64,000 nucleotides of DNA from an uncultured Pseudomonadota bacterium (lineage in GTDB: Bacteria > Desulfobacterota > Desulfobulbia > Desulfobulbales > Desulfurivibrionaceae): NCBI GenBank assembly GCA_937868185.1, contig CALMMG010000176.1, positions 35 to 64,034 on the forward strand, read 5' to 3'. The position numbers and the translations under genes are program-made. The notes beneath the pieces are model-generated. The model saw only the letters and a program-made list of their open reading frames with translations, was not told the origin of the DNA and made no database searches. This document shows, one piece after another, positions 38,153 through 50,058 of this stretch; the stretch's first letter is position 1, and every line of letters starts with the position of its first letter.

Positions 38153-40357
38153 ATGTCTAAGATCATCTGTTCGGCCGCCATCCGTGGGGCTCATAAGATA
38201 GTTGATATGGCGGAAGCTAAGTTTGAGGAAGCCATCAAGAAATACGGCCCTGAACATGAGGTTTCTTTTCCAAACACCGCTTACTTTCTGCCGATTATTT
38301 ACAGTATGCTGGGCGCCAAGGTGCAGAATTTGGGCGATATGAAGGATATTTTTAAAGAATGCCGCACCTTGCTACCGGAACAGGTGAGTAGCAACATCTG
38401 GCTGCCGTATCTTGCTCCGGCTCTTGATGCCGGGATGGCCACCTTTTTTGCCGAAGAGATGTACGAGGCCATCCGTTATCTCGATGCTCCCGATTTCTAT
38501 ACGAAAACCGAAGATCCGCTGGAGAACAATATCTGGCTTGGTGCCGCCGATGACGTTATCTTCCGGAAGCGCGGCGTTGAGTTCGTTGATGGCACCGCGC
38601 CTGGTTTTGCCGCCATCATGGGTACCCCGGATGACAGTGAGGTTGCCTCAAGGATTGCTCTCGAACTCCAGGAGAAAAACCTCTATATCTTCATGCACGA
38701 TCAGACCAATGGCAAGAACATGGCCGAGCGTCTGGTGGAGAATAAGGTTCAGGTTGGCTGGAATACCCGCCTGGTGCCCTTTGGCAAGAGTTACACCTCG
38801 GCGGTTTTTGCCATCGGCTTTGCTTGCCGGGTGGCCATGGCCTTCGGCGGCATCAAGCCCGGCGACTACAAGGGCAACCTGATCTACAACAAGGACCGGA
38901 CCTTTGCCTTTGTCATGGCCTTTGGCCCGGTTTCCGATGAGTGGTACGCCAACGCGGCCGGCGCCATCAACTGGGGTTTTCCCACCATTTCCGATTACGA
39001 CATTCCTGAGGTGCTGCCCACTGGTATCTGCACCTACGAGCATGTGGTCAGCCGGGTGCCCCACGACGAGATCGTGCAAAAAGCCATCGAGGTCCGCGGC
39101 CTCAAGGTCAACGTTACCAAGATCGACATCCCCTTGTCCTTTGGTCCAGCCTTTGAGGGAGAGCGTATCCGTAAGGACGATCTCTTCATGGAATGCGGTG
39201 GCGGTCGGACCTCGGGGGTTGAGGTTCTCGTTTCCAAGGATATGTCCGAGGTTGAGGACGGCAAGGTCACCATCGAAGGTCCGGACATCAAGGACATCCA
39301 AGTGGGTCAGAATCTGCCCCTCGGCATCTTGGTCGAGGTTGCCGGGCGTGGCATGCAGTCGGACTTCGAGCCCATCCTTGAGCGTCAGTTCCATCACCTG
39401 ATCAATTATATCCAAGGCATCATGCACATGGGCCAGCGGAACATTATGTGGCTCCGGATCGGCAAGGCTGCGGTGGAAAAGGGTTTTTCCCTCACCCATA
39501 TTGGCAAGGTGCTGCACGGTAAACTGCATCAGGAATTCGGTGCCATTGTTGACAAGATTCAGGTCAAGATCTACACCGAGTTGGACAAGGTGGAAGAGGT
39601 ACAGGAGCTTGCCCGCAAGGTTTACGCAGAGCGCGATGAGCGTTTGGGCTCCATGACCGACGAGACCGAAGAGGTCTTCTACTCCTGCACCCTGTGCCAA
39701 TCCTTTGCCCCGAGTCATGTCTGCGTTATCACCCCGGAGCGGATCGGCATGTGCGGCGCTTACAACTGGCTGGACGGCAAGGCCTCCTACCAGATCAACC
39801 CCACCGGCCCCAACCAGCCGATCCAGAAAGGTGACTGCTTGGATGAGAAGCTCGGCCGCTTCAAGGGGATCAACGATTTTGTTGATCAAACCTCCCGCGG
39901 GGCCGTAACCGATCTTGCTTTGTACTCTCTGATGAACAGCCCGATGACCGCTTGCGGTTGTTTCGAAGCCATTGCCGCCATGCTGCCTCAGTGCAACGGG
40001 ATCATGGTGGTCAACCGCGACTACAGTGGTATGACGCCTTCCGGGATGAAGTTTACTTCTTTGGCCGGTATGGCTGGCGGTGGCGCGCAGACTCCTGGCT
40101 TTATCGGGGTTTCCAAGCATTTCATGACCAGTCCCAAGCTTTTTGTTGCCGAAGGCGGTCTCAAGCGCATGGTTTGGCTGCCTAAGATGATGAAAGAAGA
40201 GATCAAGGACAAACTCATGGAGCGTTGCAAGGAAATCGGCATGCCAGAGTTTTACGACATGATTGCTACTGAGGAAAACGGTACCACGGAAGAGGAAATC
40301 TTCGCCTTCATGAAGAAGGTCGGTCATCCGGCTCTTGAGATGGAAGCGATTGTTTGA
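38153..40357 (+). CDS. acsB: Acetyl-CoA synthase
   Basis: FPNTAYFLP, CTLCQSFAPSHVC, GMCGAYNWLD, PMTACGCFE A-cluster motifs. Confidence 0.97.
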   Translation: MSKIICSAAIRGAHKIVDMAEAKFEEAIKKYGPEHEVSFPNTAYFLPIIYSMLGAKVQNLGDMKDIFKECRTLLPEQVSSNIWLPYLAPALDAGMATFFAEEMYEAIRYLDAPDFYTKTEDPLENNIWLGAADDVIFRKRGVEFVDGTAPGFAAIMGTPDDSEVASRIALELQEKNLYIFMHDQTNGKNMAERLVENKVQVGWNTRLVPFGKSYTSAVFAIGFACRVAMAFGGIKPGDYKGNLIYNKDRTFAFVMAFGPVSDEWYANAAGAINWGFPTISDYDIPEVLPTGICTYEHVVSRVPHDEIVQKAIEVRGLKVNVTKIDIPLSFGPAFEGERIRKDDLFMECGGGRTSGVEVLVSKDMSEVEDGKVTIEGPDIKDIQVGQNLPLGILVEVAGRGMQSDFEPILERQFHHLINYIQGIMHMGQRNIMWLRIGKAAVEKGFSLTHIGKVLHGKLHQEFGAIVDKIQVKIYTELDKVEEVQELARKVYAERDERLGSMTDETEEVFYSCTLCQSFAPSHVCVITPERIGMCGAYNWLDGKASYQINPTGPNQPIQKGDCLDEKLGRFKGINDFVDQTSRGAVTDLALYSLMNSPMTACGCFEAIAAMLPQCNGIMVVNRDYSGMTPSGMKFTSLAGMAGGGAQTPGFIGVSKHFMTSPKLFVAEGGLKRMVWLPKMMKEEIKDKLMERCKEIGMPEFYDMIATEENGTTEEEIFAFMKKVGHPALEMEAIV

Positions 40358-40459
40358 TTTGAGATATTAGCTGTCAGCTATTAGCGATACGATTCAAGAT
40401 TACTATTCAAGCCTAAAGCGCTTAGCTTGCAGCTTGCCTTATACGGGAGGAACAGACAG

Positions 40460-41815
40460 ATGGCTTTAACAGGTATTCAAATCCTCAAAATGCTTCCCAA
40501 GAAGAACTGTGGGGAGTGCGGTATTCCGACCTGTCTTGCTTTTGCCATGAAGGTGGCTGCGGGGCAGATGGAAATCGGTGAATGTCCGTATGTGAGCGAT
40601 GAGGTCAAGGAGCAAATCGGTGAGGCTTCTGCTCCTCCGATCCGGACTGTTAAAATCGGTTCCGGGGACAGCGCCTATACCACCGGCGGTGAGACCTGTC
40701 TGTTCCGCCATGAAAAACGCTTTGAGAACCCCACCGGGATCGCGGTGCTGGTCACCACCGATATGAGCGTGGCCGATGTAGAGGGCCGGATCAACCGGTT
40801 CAAGAACCTCCGCTACGAGCGGGTTGGCGTCCTGCTCAAGGCCGATCTTATCGCAATCAAGGATACCAAAGGCGATGGTGGTGCCTTTACCGCCCTGACT
40901 AAGAAGGTGCTGGACGGCGCTCCCGATGCCGGTATCATCCTGATGAGCGACAAGGCCGATAACCTCAAGGCTGCCGCAGCTGTCTGCGGGGAGCGCAAGC
41001 CCTTGCTCTATGGTGCCACCGCAGACAATGCTGAGGCCATGGCTGCTCTTGCCAAAGAAACCGGATGCCCTCTGGTTGCCAAGGGAACAAACCTTGACGA
41101 TACCGTGGCTATTTCTGAAAAACTTCTCGCGGGCGGGCTTAAGGATTTGATGCTCGACTCCGGAGCCCGCACGATCCGGGCCGCCTTGGAAGACAGCGTG
41201 GTGGGACGGCGTTCCGCCATCCGCGCCAAATTCAAACCCCTGGGCTTTCCGACCATCACCTTTCCCTGCGAGATCTCTGCTGATCCGTTGATGGAGGCCA
41301 TGGTCGCTTCGGTGCTTATTGCTAAATACGCTGGCATTGTTGTTCTTTCCGACCTTCAGGGTGATATTCTCTTCCCGTTGCTGTTGGAGCGGTTGAACAT
41401 CTTCACCGATCCGCAGCGGCCTATGGTGGTTCAGGAAGATGTTTACAACATCAATGGTCCCACCGAGGATTCTCCTGTTCTGATTACCTGCAACTTCTCC
41501 CTTACTTACTTTATCGTTTCCGGGGAGATCGAGGGCAGCAAGGTCCCCAGCTGGCTGTTGATCAAGGACACGGAAGGTCTTTCGGTTCTCACCGCTTGGG
41601 CGGCTGGCAAGTTCGGCGCGGATATGATCGCGGCATTTATGAAAAAATCTGGGATTGAGTCCAAGGTCAAACATCGGGAGCTCATTATCCCTGGCTACCT
41701 TGCTTCCATGAAGGGGGAGCTTGAGGAAGAGTTGGCCGGTTGGACCATTACTATCGGTCCTCGTGAAGCGGGACATCTGCCCGCCTTCTTGAAAGAATGG
41801 AAACCTGCGGCATAA
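40460..41815 (+). CDS. acsC: Corrinoid Fe-S protein large subunit
   Basis: LPKKNCGECGIPTCLAFAM...CP, FRHEK, NIFTDPQRP, NFSLTYF, SVLTAWAAGKF, IGPREA. Confidence 0.96.
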   Translation: MALTGIQILKMLPKKNCGECGIPTCLAFAMKVAAGQMEIGECPYVSDEVKEQIGEASAPPIRTVKIGSGDSAYTTGGETCLFRHEKRFENPTGIAVLVTTDMSVADVEGRINRFKNLRYERVGVLLKADLIAIKDTKGDGGAFTALTKKVLDGAPDAGIILMSDKADNLKAAAAVCGERKPLLYGATADNAEAMAALAKETGCPLVAKGTNLDDTVAISEKLLAGGLKDLMLDSGARTIRAALEDSVVGRRSAIRAKFKPLGFPTITFPCEISADPLMEAMVASVLIAKYAGIVVLSDLQGDILFPLLLERLNIFTDPQRPMVVQEDVYNINGPTEDSPVLITCNFSLTYFIVSGEIEGSKVPSWLLIKDTEGLSVLTAWAAGKFGADMIAAFMKKSGIESKVKHRELIIPGYLASMKGELEEELAGWTITIGPREAGHLPAFLKEWKPAA

Positions 41816-41901
41816 CGGAAAAGTTGCATATTCATCGGCTTACAGAGTCTTTTTTCTTCGTGCGGCCGTAACGTAACCATACACAGCGACTTGAACTGGC
41901 T

Positions 41902-44900
41902 ATGAATATCACAATTAACGGTTATGAAATTGTTGCCGAAGAAGGGATTACCATCCTGGAAGCGGCAAAACGCGCGGATATCCATATCCCGACCCTCTGC
42001 TACGTGAACAAGGGAACCTCGGACATCCCGTGTGAGATCTGTGTTGTTAGCGTGGAAGGGGTGGAGGCTCCGGTGCGCTCCTGCATAACCCCGGTTGCTG
42101 AAGGGATGCAGATTACCACCGAGTCCAAGGAGCTGCAGGCCAAACGCACCGAGCGCATGACCCTCCTGATGGAGACCCATTTTGGCGACTGCAAGGCTCC
42201 CTGCAATCTCACCTGTCCCGGGCAGATCAATGTCCAAGGCTATATCGCCCATGTGGCGAAAGGGCAATATGAAGAGGCCCTGCGCCTGGTTATGGAGCGC
42301 AACCCTTTTCCCTTTTCCGTGGGGAGGGTGTGCCCCCGGTTCTGTGAGACCCGCTGTCGCCGGATTCTTGTTGATGAGCCGGTGTCCATCAACCATCTGA
42401 AGCGTTTTGTCGCCGATTGGTGCATGGCCCACAAGATTGAACTGCGTATTCCTCGCGATGCTCCCACTGGCAAAAAAATAGCGGTTATCGGTGGTGGGCC
42501 TTCCGGCCTGACCGGCGCTTATTATCTTGCCCGTAAAGGTCACGATGTCACGGTTTTCGAGTCCGCACCAAAGCTTGGGGGCATGTTGCGCTACGGCATC
42601 CCCGATTACAAGATTCCCCAGGATGTACTTGATTACGAGATCAGCACCATCCTGCGCATGGGGATCAATGTTCGCCTGAGTCAGAAGTGGGGCGAGGATT
42701 TTACCCTGCAATCCCTTAAGGATCAAGGCTATGAGTCTATCCTCATCGCTACTGGCACCCCGGTGGATGAGAGCTTGGATGTCCCGGGCTGTGCCTTGCC
42801 TAAGGTGATCCCGGCTACGAAATTCCTCCGAGACATGTCCGAGGGCAAGGGTGGCAATTACGGGAGTTCTGCGGTGGTTTTCGGTGGTAACAATGTTGCC
42901 ATGGAGGTTGCCCGTTCCCTGTTGCGCAACGAAGTTGGTCAGGTCACCATTATTTATCCCCGGGCCCAGACCGAAATGCCGGCCAACCAGCGGAATATCC
43001 GGGTGGCTGAAAAAGAGGGCGTCCAGTTTCTGCTCATGGCCTCGCCGGTGAATTTCAGCGACACCAGCAACGGTATCGCGGTGCAATTGATCCGGACCAA
43101 GCTCGGCGAGCCCGACGAGAAAGGCATCCGCTATCCTGAGGCGATCCCTGGTTCCACGGTGAACATTAATGCCGATACTGTTATTGTCGCCCAAGGCTTG
43201 AGCGCTTGCCGCGATAAATTCGAGGGAGGGGAGTTGGAAGCGACCCTGGAGCTGACCCCGAAATGTAATATCAAGGCTAATCCGAGAACCTCGCTGAGCA
43301 ACCATCCCGGCATCTACGCGGCCGGAGATGTGACCAGTGGCCCCCGTTCGGTGATCCAGGCCGTGGTCGCAGCCAGGCGGGCGGCGGAAAATATCCATGC
43401 CCAGGTCATGGGGATTACCAAGACCGTGGTTGAAAGTCGGTTCAATTTCAGTCGGGGTAAGGGCTTTGATGATGTGGATCTCCGTAATTTTGAAGGGGTC
43501 AACATCAAGCTTCGGGAAAAGATGCCAACCCGACCACCCCAGATCGCCACCCAGGATTTCAGCGAGATCAAGCTCGGCTTTTCGGAACAGATGGCGATCA
43601 CCGAGGCCAAACGCTGCCTGTCTTGCGGTTGTCGCGCCTTTGATCGTTGTGATTTGAAAAAAATCGCCATGGATTTTGGACTTGATCCAAGTCGGACCGG
43701 GATGGCTGCACAACCGACTTACACGGAAAAAATAGATCACCCTGTTATTTTGGTGGACCTGAACAAGTGCATCTACTGCAAGCGCTGCCAGAACAGCTGC
43801 GAATACGATGCCCTGGAAATCAGCGCCGATTCTGTCGATGACAAGGGCCGTCCGGTTGGGCTCCATTTTCGGTTCAAGGAAAACTGTGTCAACTGCGGAG
43901 CCTGTGTTGACAATTGTTCCACTGGAGCGCTGAACAAAAAAGACGTGCTAGTGCCGGTGGTTAATGAGGACATGCGTGAGGTTCGCTCCACCTGCCCATA
44001 CTGTGGGGCCGGCTGCCAGATCATTCTCAAGGTAAAAGGCAATACCTTAATGGAGGTCACTGCGGATCCGGACTTAGCACCCAATTACGGTGCCCTGTGT
44101 GTTAAGGGAAGGTTCGGTCATAATTTTGTCCAGCACAAGGACCGACTGACTATGCCCTTGGTGCGTCGGGGTTCTCAGTTGGTGGAAACAAGCTGGGAAG
44201 ATGCCCTCAATGTGGTGGCCAAGAGATTCTTCGATATCAAAGCCATGTACGGAGCTGATTCCATTTCCGGTTTTAGCTGTGCCCGGGCCAGTAACGAAGA
44301 AAATTATTTGATGCAAAAATTTATGCGGACAGCGATCGGAACGAATAATATCGATCACTGTGCCCGACTCTGACACGCTCCCACGGTGGCCAGTTTGGCC
44401 CTCACATTCGGCAGCGGCGCAATGACCAACTCCATTGCGGATACAAAGAAGACCGATCTTTTTTTCATGGTCGGCAGCAACCCGGATACCAGTCATCCGA
44501 CCATTGGCTTGCGCATTCACCAGGCCGTGGATCGCGGGGCAAAGCTGGTGGTGGTGGACCCCCGCCGTACCAGGCTGGCCGAGCGAGCAGATCTCTGGCT
44601 GCGTATCTTGCCGGGGACCGATGTTGCTTTTTTAAACGGGATGATGCAGGTCATTCTCGAGGAAGATCTCTGGGACAAGAAGTTTGTCGAGGAGCGCACC
44701 GAGGATTTTGATGAACTTGTTAGGCTGGTCAAGAAATATACTCCGGATATGGTGGAGAAGATTACCGGTATCAACGAAGCCCAGCTTCGCCAGGCCGCCC
44801 GGATGTATGCGGCCGAAGGCAGGCATGCCGCTTTCTGGGGTATGGGGATCACTCATTATGTTACCGGCACCGACCGGGTGAAGTCCATTGCCAACCTGAC

Positions 44901-46017
44901 CATGCTCTGCGGCAAGGTTGGCAAGGAAGGCACCGGCTGTAATCCGTTGCGTGGCCAGAACAACGTACAGGGCGCCTGCGATATGGGCGCATTGTTCAAT
45001 ACCCTGCCCGGCTATGGTGGTTTGGAAAATGACAATCTCTTTGATAACTATGAAAAGCTGTGGGGTATCAAGCTGCCCCGGCGTCCGGGCAAACCGGCCA
45101 CCGAGGTCTGGGAAAACGTATTCAAAGGCAATATCCGCGGCCTTTATATCTTCGGGGAAGACCCGGCCGTGGCCGACGCCAATATTGCCCATGTCCAGGC
45201 AGCCTTGGAAAAGGTCGATTTCTTGGTGGTTCAGGATCTCTTCCTGACCGATACCGCAAAGATGGCGGATGTAGTCTTGCCTGGCGCCTGCTACGCGGAA
45301 AAAGACGGCACCTTTACCTGCACCGAGCGTAGGGTCCAGAGGATTCGCAAAGCGGTTGAGCCGCCGGGCGAGGCGAAGCCGGACTGGCAGATCATCTCCC
45401 TGCTTTCCCAGCGGATGGGCTATCCCATGCATTATAATTCCGCTTCTGAAATATTTGATGAGATCTGCCAGCTCTTGCCGCAGTACAAGGGACTTTCCTA
45501 TGAGCGGTTGGAAAAAGTCGGCCTGCAGTGGCCGGTTCCTGACCAGAATCATCCCGGCACTGCAGTGTTGCATACGGAAAAATTTACCCGCGGAAAGGGG
45601 CTGTTCATTCCAGAGGATTATATCCCCCCGGTGGAACTGCCCGATGAGGAATATCCGCTGCTCTTTACCACCGGCCGCGATATTGCACGCTATAACTTCA
45701 GCAGCATGACCGGCAAGACTCCGGAGATCGATGAGATCAGCCCGGAATGTTTTGCTGAGGTGCATCCTCGCGATGCAGAGCGTCTGGGCCTCAAGGAGAA
45801 GAACTGGGTGCGTCTCACCTCGCGACGTGGTTCGGTGCAAATGCGGGCAATTATTACCGACAAGACCCAGGAGGGCACCATTTTCAGCACCTATAACCAT
45901 TTGAAGGCCCTGGTGAACATGCTGACCCTTGATGCCTTGGATCGTCTTTCCAGATCACCGGAGTATAAGCTGTGCGCCATCAAGGTTGAGGTGCTGGGCG
46001 ATGAGTTGCCGGGTTGA
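41902..46017 (+). CDS. Selenoprotein, 1371 aa: [2Fe-2S] + GltD/NfnB-like flavin module + 2x[4Fe-4S] + Mo/W formate dehydrogenase domain; Sec UGA at 44371-44373
   Basis: ORFs 41902..44373 and 44386..46017 are in frame; the junction reads DHCARL-UGA-HAPTVA, the FDH Sec-His active site; PLRGQNNVQG; GGGPSG FAD motif; SECIS-like hairpin. Confidence 0.92.
44388..44400 (+). promoter_or_regulatory. SECIS-like hairpin of the FDH fusion
   Basis: GGCCA-GTT-TGGCC, 14 nt after the UGA; similar position to the E. coli fdhF SECIS. Confidence 0.65.
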
Positions 46018-46172
46018 CCTTTAAATTGGTCTTTCTCGGCAAGCAACTGAAGTTTAAAAATAAACGTAACATTGGAATGCCTTGACCGGCATAAGGAGCC
46101 GCAACGCAATGGCCATGATTCTGGCTGTTTCGCAGTGGCCCCTAACTTTTTTAATTTGAGTGGAGTTACACG

Positions 46173-49100
46173 ATGGGACAAGCAAAAGATAAAAAATCAG
46201 GGACAGTAATGGTCGTCGGCGGCGGTATCGCCGGGGTCCAGGCGGCCCTTGATTTAACCGAGCTTGGCTACTATGTCTATCTGGTAGAAAAGTCCGCGGC
46301 CATTGGCGGCGCCATGGCCCAGCTGGATAAAACCTTTCCTACCAACGACTGTTCGCTTTGAATACTCGCGCCTAAGCTGGTAGAGGCCGGTCGGTCTCCC
46401 AATATCGAAATTCTGAGCAACGCTGATTTTCTTTCTCTCGACGGAAAGCCAGGCAATTTCACCGCCAAGCTGCGGATGCGCCCGCGCTATATCGACGCTG
46501 ATAAGTGCACGGCCTGCGGGCTCTGTACCAAGTACTGTCCCAAGCATTTGGTGGATCCCTACAATGAGGGCTTGGCAGTTACGCGGCCGATCCACATTGA
46601 TTATGCCCAGGCTGTGCCCGCCACCTATTATATCGATCCGGAGGCGTGTTTGTACTTGCAACATGGGGTCTGCCAGATCTGCGTCTGCACTTGCCAGAGT
46701 AAGGCCATTGATTTCAGCCAGAAGGCAACGGAAAAGGAGTTGCAGATCGGCGCGGTGATCATGGCCCCGGGCTTTGGTCGTGTTCCCGATGCAACCCTGG
46801 CCAAGTACAGCTATGGACAGCACCCTGATGTTATGACCAGCCTGGAGTTCGAGCGGTTGCTCTGCGCCTCTGGCCCCTTTGAGGGTGAGGTGAAATGCCT
46901 TTCCGATCGTCGGCATCCCAAACGGATCGCCTTTATCCAGTGCGTAGGCTCTCGCGATCTCGGCTGCAACAACGGTTATTGCTCTTCGGTTTGCTGTATG
47001 TATGCCATCAAAGAGGCCATGGTTGCCAAGGAGCATGACCCTGAGGTAGAGATCACTATCTACTACATGGACATGCGTACTCAGGGCAAGGGCTTTGATG
47101 CCGCCCAGAAGAAGGCGGAAGCCATGGGGATCAAGTTTGTCCGTGCTCGGGTGGCCGATGTTATGCCGTGGGACAAAAACTTGAAGTTGACCTATTCCAC
47201 CATGGACGGAACGCACGGCTTTGAACCCTACGATATCGTCGTGCTTTCCGTGGGGCTAGATGCTCCGGCCGATGCCAAGAACCTTGGCGAGATTGCCGGC
47301 TTTGCCCTCAACGAGTACGATTTCTGTAAGACCGATACCTTTGCTCCGTTACTCACCACCAAGCCTGGCGTTTTTGTCGCCGGTGCTTTTCAGGGCCCCA
47401 AGGATATTCCGGAAAGTGTCACCCAGTCCAGTGCTGCCGCTGGCCTCGCTGCCGGGCTTATCGCCAAGGATCGTGGCAAGGCTTTGGTGCACAAGACCTA
47501 TCCTAAAGAGCAGAAAACCGGCAAGGATGAAGAGGTCCGCATCGGTGTTTTTGTCTGCCATTGCGGGATCAACATCTCCAGCGTGGTTGATGTGGCCTCG
47601 GTTGAACAGTACACCGAGGGCATGGAAGGCGTGGTTTACCATGCCCAGAGCCTGTATAGCTGTTCCCAGGATGCCCAGGAAGTGCTCAAGGCCAAGATCA
47701 AGGAGCACAATCTGAACCGCGTGGTTATTGCGGCCTGTTCCCCGAGAACCCATGAGCCGCTTTTCCAGGAAACGTTGAAGGACGCAGGCCTGAACCGTTG
47801 TCTGTTTGAGATGGTTAATATCCGTGACCACTGCTCCTGGGTCCATGCCAACGAGCCCGTGGCCGCAACGCAAAAGTCCAAAGATCTGGTGCGGATGGGG
47901 ATTGCCAAGGCCCGTCACATCCAACCCCTGCCCGAGCAGACCGTGCCGGTTACCAACAAGGCCCTGATTCTTGGTGGCGGGGTGGCAGGGCTTACCGCCG
48001 CTTTGACCATTGCCGACCAAGGCTTCCATTCCTATGTGATCGAGAAGGAAGAGAAGCTTGGCGGTCATCTTCAGCATCTCTCCTACACCTTGCAGGGCGA
48101 GACGGTGAGCACGGTTTTGAGTGAGCTGACCGACAAGGTGAAAAAGAATAAGAAGATCGAGGTGCTGACCAATACCGAATTGACTCAGGTCAGCGGATTT
48201 GTCGGTAACTTCAGCTCGGTGCTTACCACCAAGGGTAAGAAGGGTACGGAAACCACCATCGACCATGGGGTGATTATTATCGCCACCGGTGGCCGTGAAC
48301 ATCGTCCGGAAGTGGTACTGGGCAATCCGGTGAAGTATTCCGAGAGTGTGGTTACCCAACGTGAGCTGGAGCATCGTCTGTCTGGCAAGGGCAAGAATCT
48401 GGCGCCCAAGTCGGTGGTCATGGTGCAGTGCGCCGGTTCCCGGGGTGATGATCTCAACTATTGCAGTAAGGTCTGTTGTAACCATGCGGTCAAAAACGCC
48501 CTCAAGATCAAAGCGCTTGATCCTGCTTCTCAGGTGGTGGTGCTTTACCGCGATATGCGGACCTACGGCTTTGCCGAAGATGCTTACCGTCAGGCCAGGG
48601 AAAAAGGGGTGGTCTTTATCCCCTACACCATGGACAGCAAGCCTGCGTTCAAGAGCAGCGGCAAGAAGATGAGCGTCACCTTTCATGATCCGATCCTGCG
48701 GGACGAGGTCACCATGACCCCCGAGGTGCTGGTCTTGAGTGTTGGCATTGTTGCCGATGGCACCGAAAACCTCAGCAAGCTGCTCAAGATTCCGGTGAAC
48801 GAAGACAAGTTCTTCCTTGAGGCCCATGTCAAGCTGCGGCCGGTGGAATTGCCGGTGAGCGGGGTCTATGTCTGTGGTCTGGCCCATTCGCCTAAACCGG
48901 TTGAGGAGATCATCGTGCAGGCGCAGGCGGCGGCGGCCAAGGCATCCATTCCGCTCTGTAAGGGCTTTGTTTCGGTTGAGCCCACCATTTCCTGTGTTGA
49001 TAAGGAGTCCTGCATCGGTTGCGGTCTCTGTGAGTCGCTCTGCCCGTATCAGTCCATTCGGATCATCAAGGACGAAAACGGCAAGCGCAAGGCCGAGACC

Positions 49101-49223
49101 ATCACTGCCTCATGTAAGGGGTGTGGCATCTGCGCCTCGCATTGCCCGGTATTTGCCATCTCCATGGGCGGATACACCGACGAACAGATAAACGCGCAAA
49201 TCACCGCCTTTGGTGCAAAATAG
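46173..49223 (+). CDS. hdrA: Heterodisulfide reductase subunit A-like flavoprotein, long form (1016 aa), selenoprotein; Sec UGA at 46359-46361
   Basis: [21 protein letters not shown] continues in frame without stops into 46476..49223; two GGGxAG FAD motifs, [22 protein letters not shown], several ferredoxin motifs. Confidence 0.93.
46383..46398 (+). promoter_or_regulatory. SECIS-like hairpin of hdrA
   Basis: GAGGCC-GGTC-GGTCTC; G-first loop 28 nt after the UGA. Confidence 0.6.
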
Positions 49224-49236
49224 AGGAGTAGTGGTT

Positions 49237-49869
49237 ATGAGTCAGAAAGATTTCAACCCGAAGATCTTGGGCTTTCTCTGCAACTGGTGCTGCTATGCTG
49301 CAGCGGACAGTGCCGGGGTATCCCGTTACCAGTATCCGCCGAATTTGCGGACCATCCGGGTAATGTGTACCGGGCGTCTTGATCCGGCCTTTGTTCTGCG
49401 CGGGTTTGCCGAAGGTGCCGACGCCATCTTCTCGGGTGGCTGACAACTCGGCGAATGCCATTACCAGGTTGGTAATTACGACGCGATGGGTATGAGTGCA
49501 TTGGTGAAAAAGGTTCTGGCCGAGGTCGGGATCAAACCGGAACGGTTTGGTCTGCAGTGGGCTTCAGCGGCGGAGGCGCCGCGCTTTGTCAAACTGATTA
49601 CCGATTTTACTATGAAGACCAAGGAGCTTGGGCCCATCGGCCAGGCCGAAGGGTTGACTCCCGAGGAAGTGAAGGTACGGATCGACAAGGCCCTTGCCCT
49701 GGTGAGTGACCGCAAGCTGCGGATTGCTCTGGGCAACGCCACCAAGACTATCCGCAAAGAGGCGATTTTTACCCAGGACGGTATCACCGCTCTGATCGAA
49801 GAAAAGCTGGCGAAAACCATTACCGCTGGTCTGGAAAGTGGTGGGGCGGAGGTTGCAGTTAAGAAGTAA
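49237..49869 (+). CDS. mvhD: MvhD/FlxD-type [2Fe-2S] subunit with C-terminal extension (210 aa), selenoprotein; Sec UGA at 49441-49443
   Basis: [31 protein letters not shown] (usual GCxxGxCHY), WASAAE; AGGAG SD. Confidence 0.92.
49460..49476 (+). promoter_or_regulatory. SECIS-like hairpin of mvhD
   Basis: ATTACCA-GGT-TGGTAAT, perfect 7-bp stem, 16 nt after the UGA. Confidence 0.7.
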
Positions 49870-49900
49870 ACGCGGTACGCAGTATTGAAGAAGATGGTTC

Positions 49901-49943
49901 AACGGGAGGTGCGAACAGTTGTTCGTGCCTCCCGTTTTTTTTT
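49901..49943 (+). terminator. Rho-independent terminator ending the acs-fdh-hdrA-mvhD unit
   Basis: AACGGGAGGTGCGAAC-AGTT-GTTCGTGCCTCCCGTT followed by a T-run. Confidence 0.85.
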
Positions 49944-50058
49944 ATTGATCATTCTATGTTGACATTTTGTCGCACTTTCCCGCATCATAAAAAGATAATA
50001 AGACAGGAAGGTCAGGTGTCGCCTCGCTTGTTGCATAACTTTTTCGTGAGGGTGAGAA

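Noticed and set aside
27892-48887. Long antisense ORFs (e.g. 33541-35388, 38648-40327, 41695-43866, 47349-48887)
   Set aside because: They mirror highly conserved genes, which is expected from codon bias in GC-rich DNA, and show no protein motifs.
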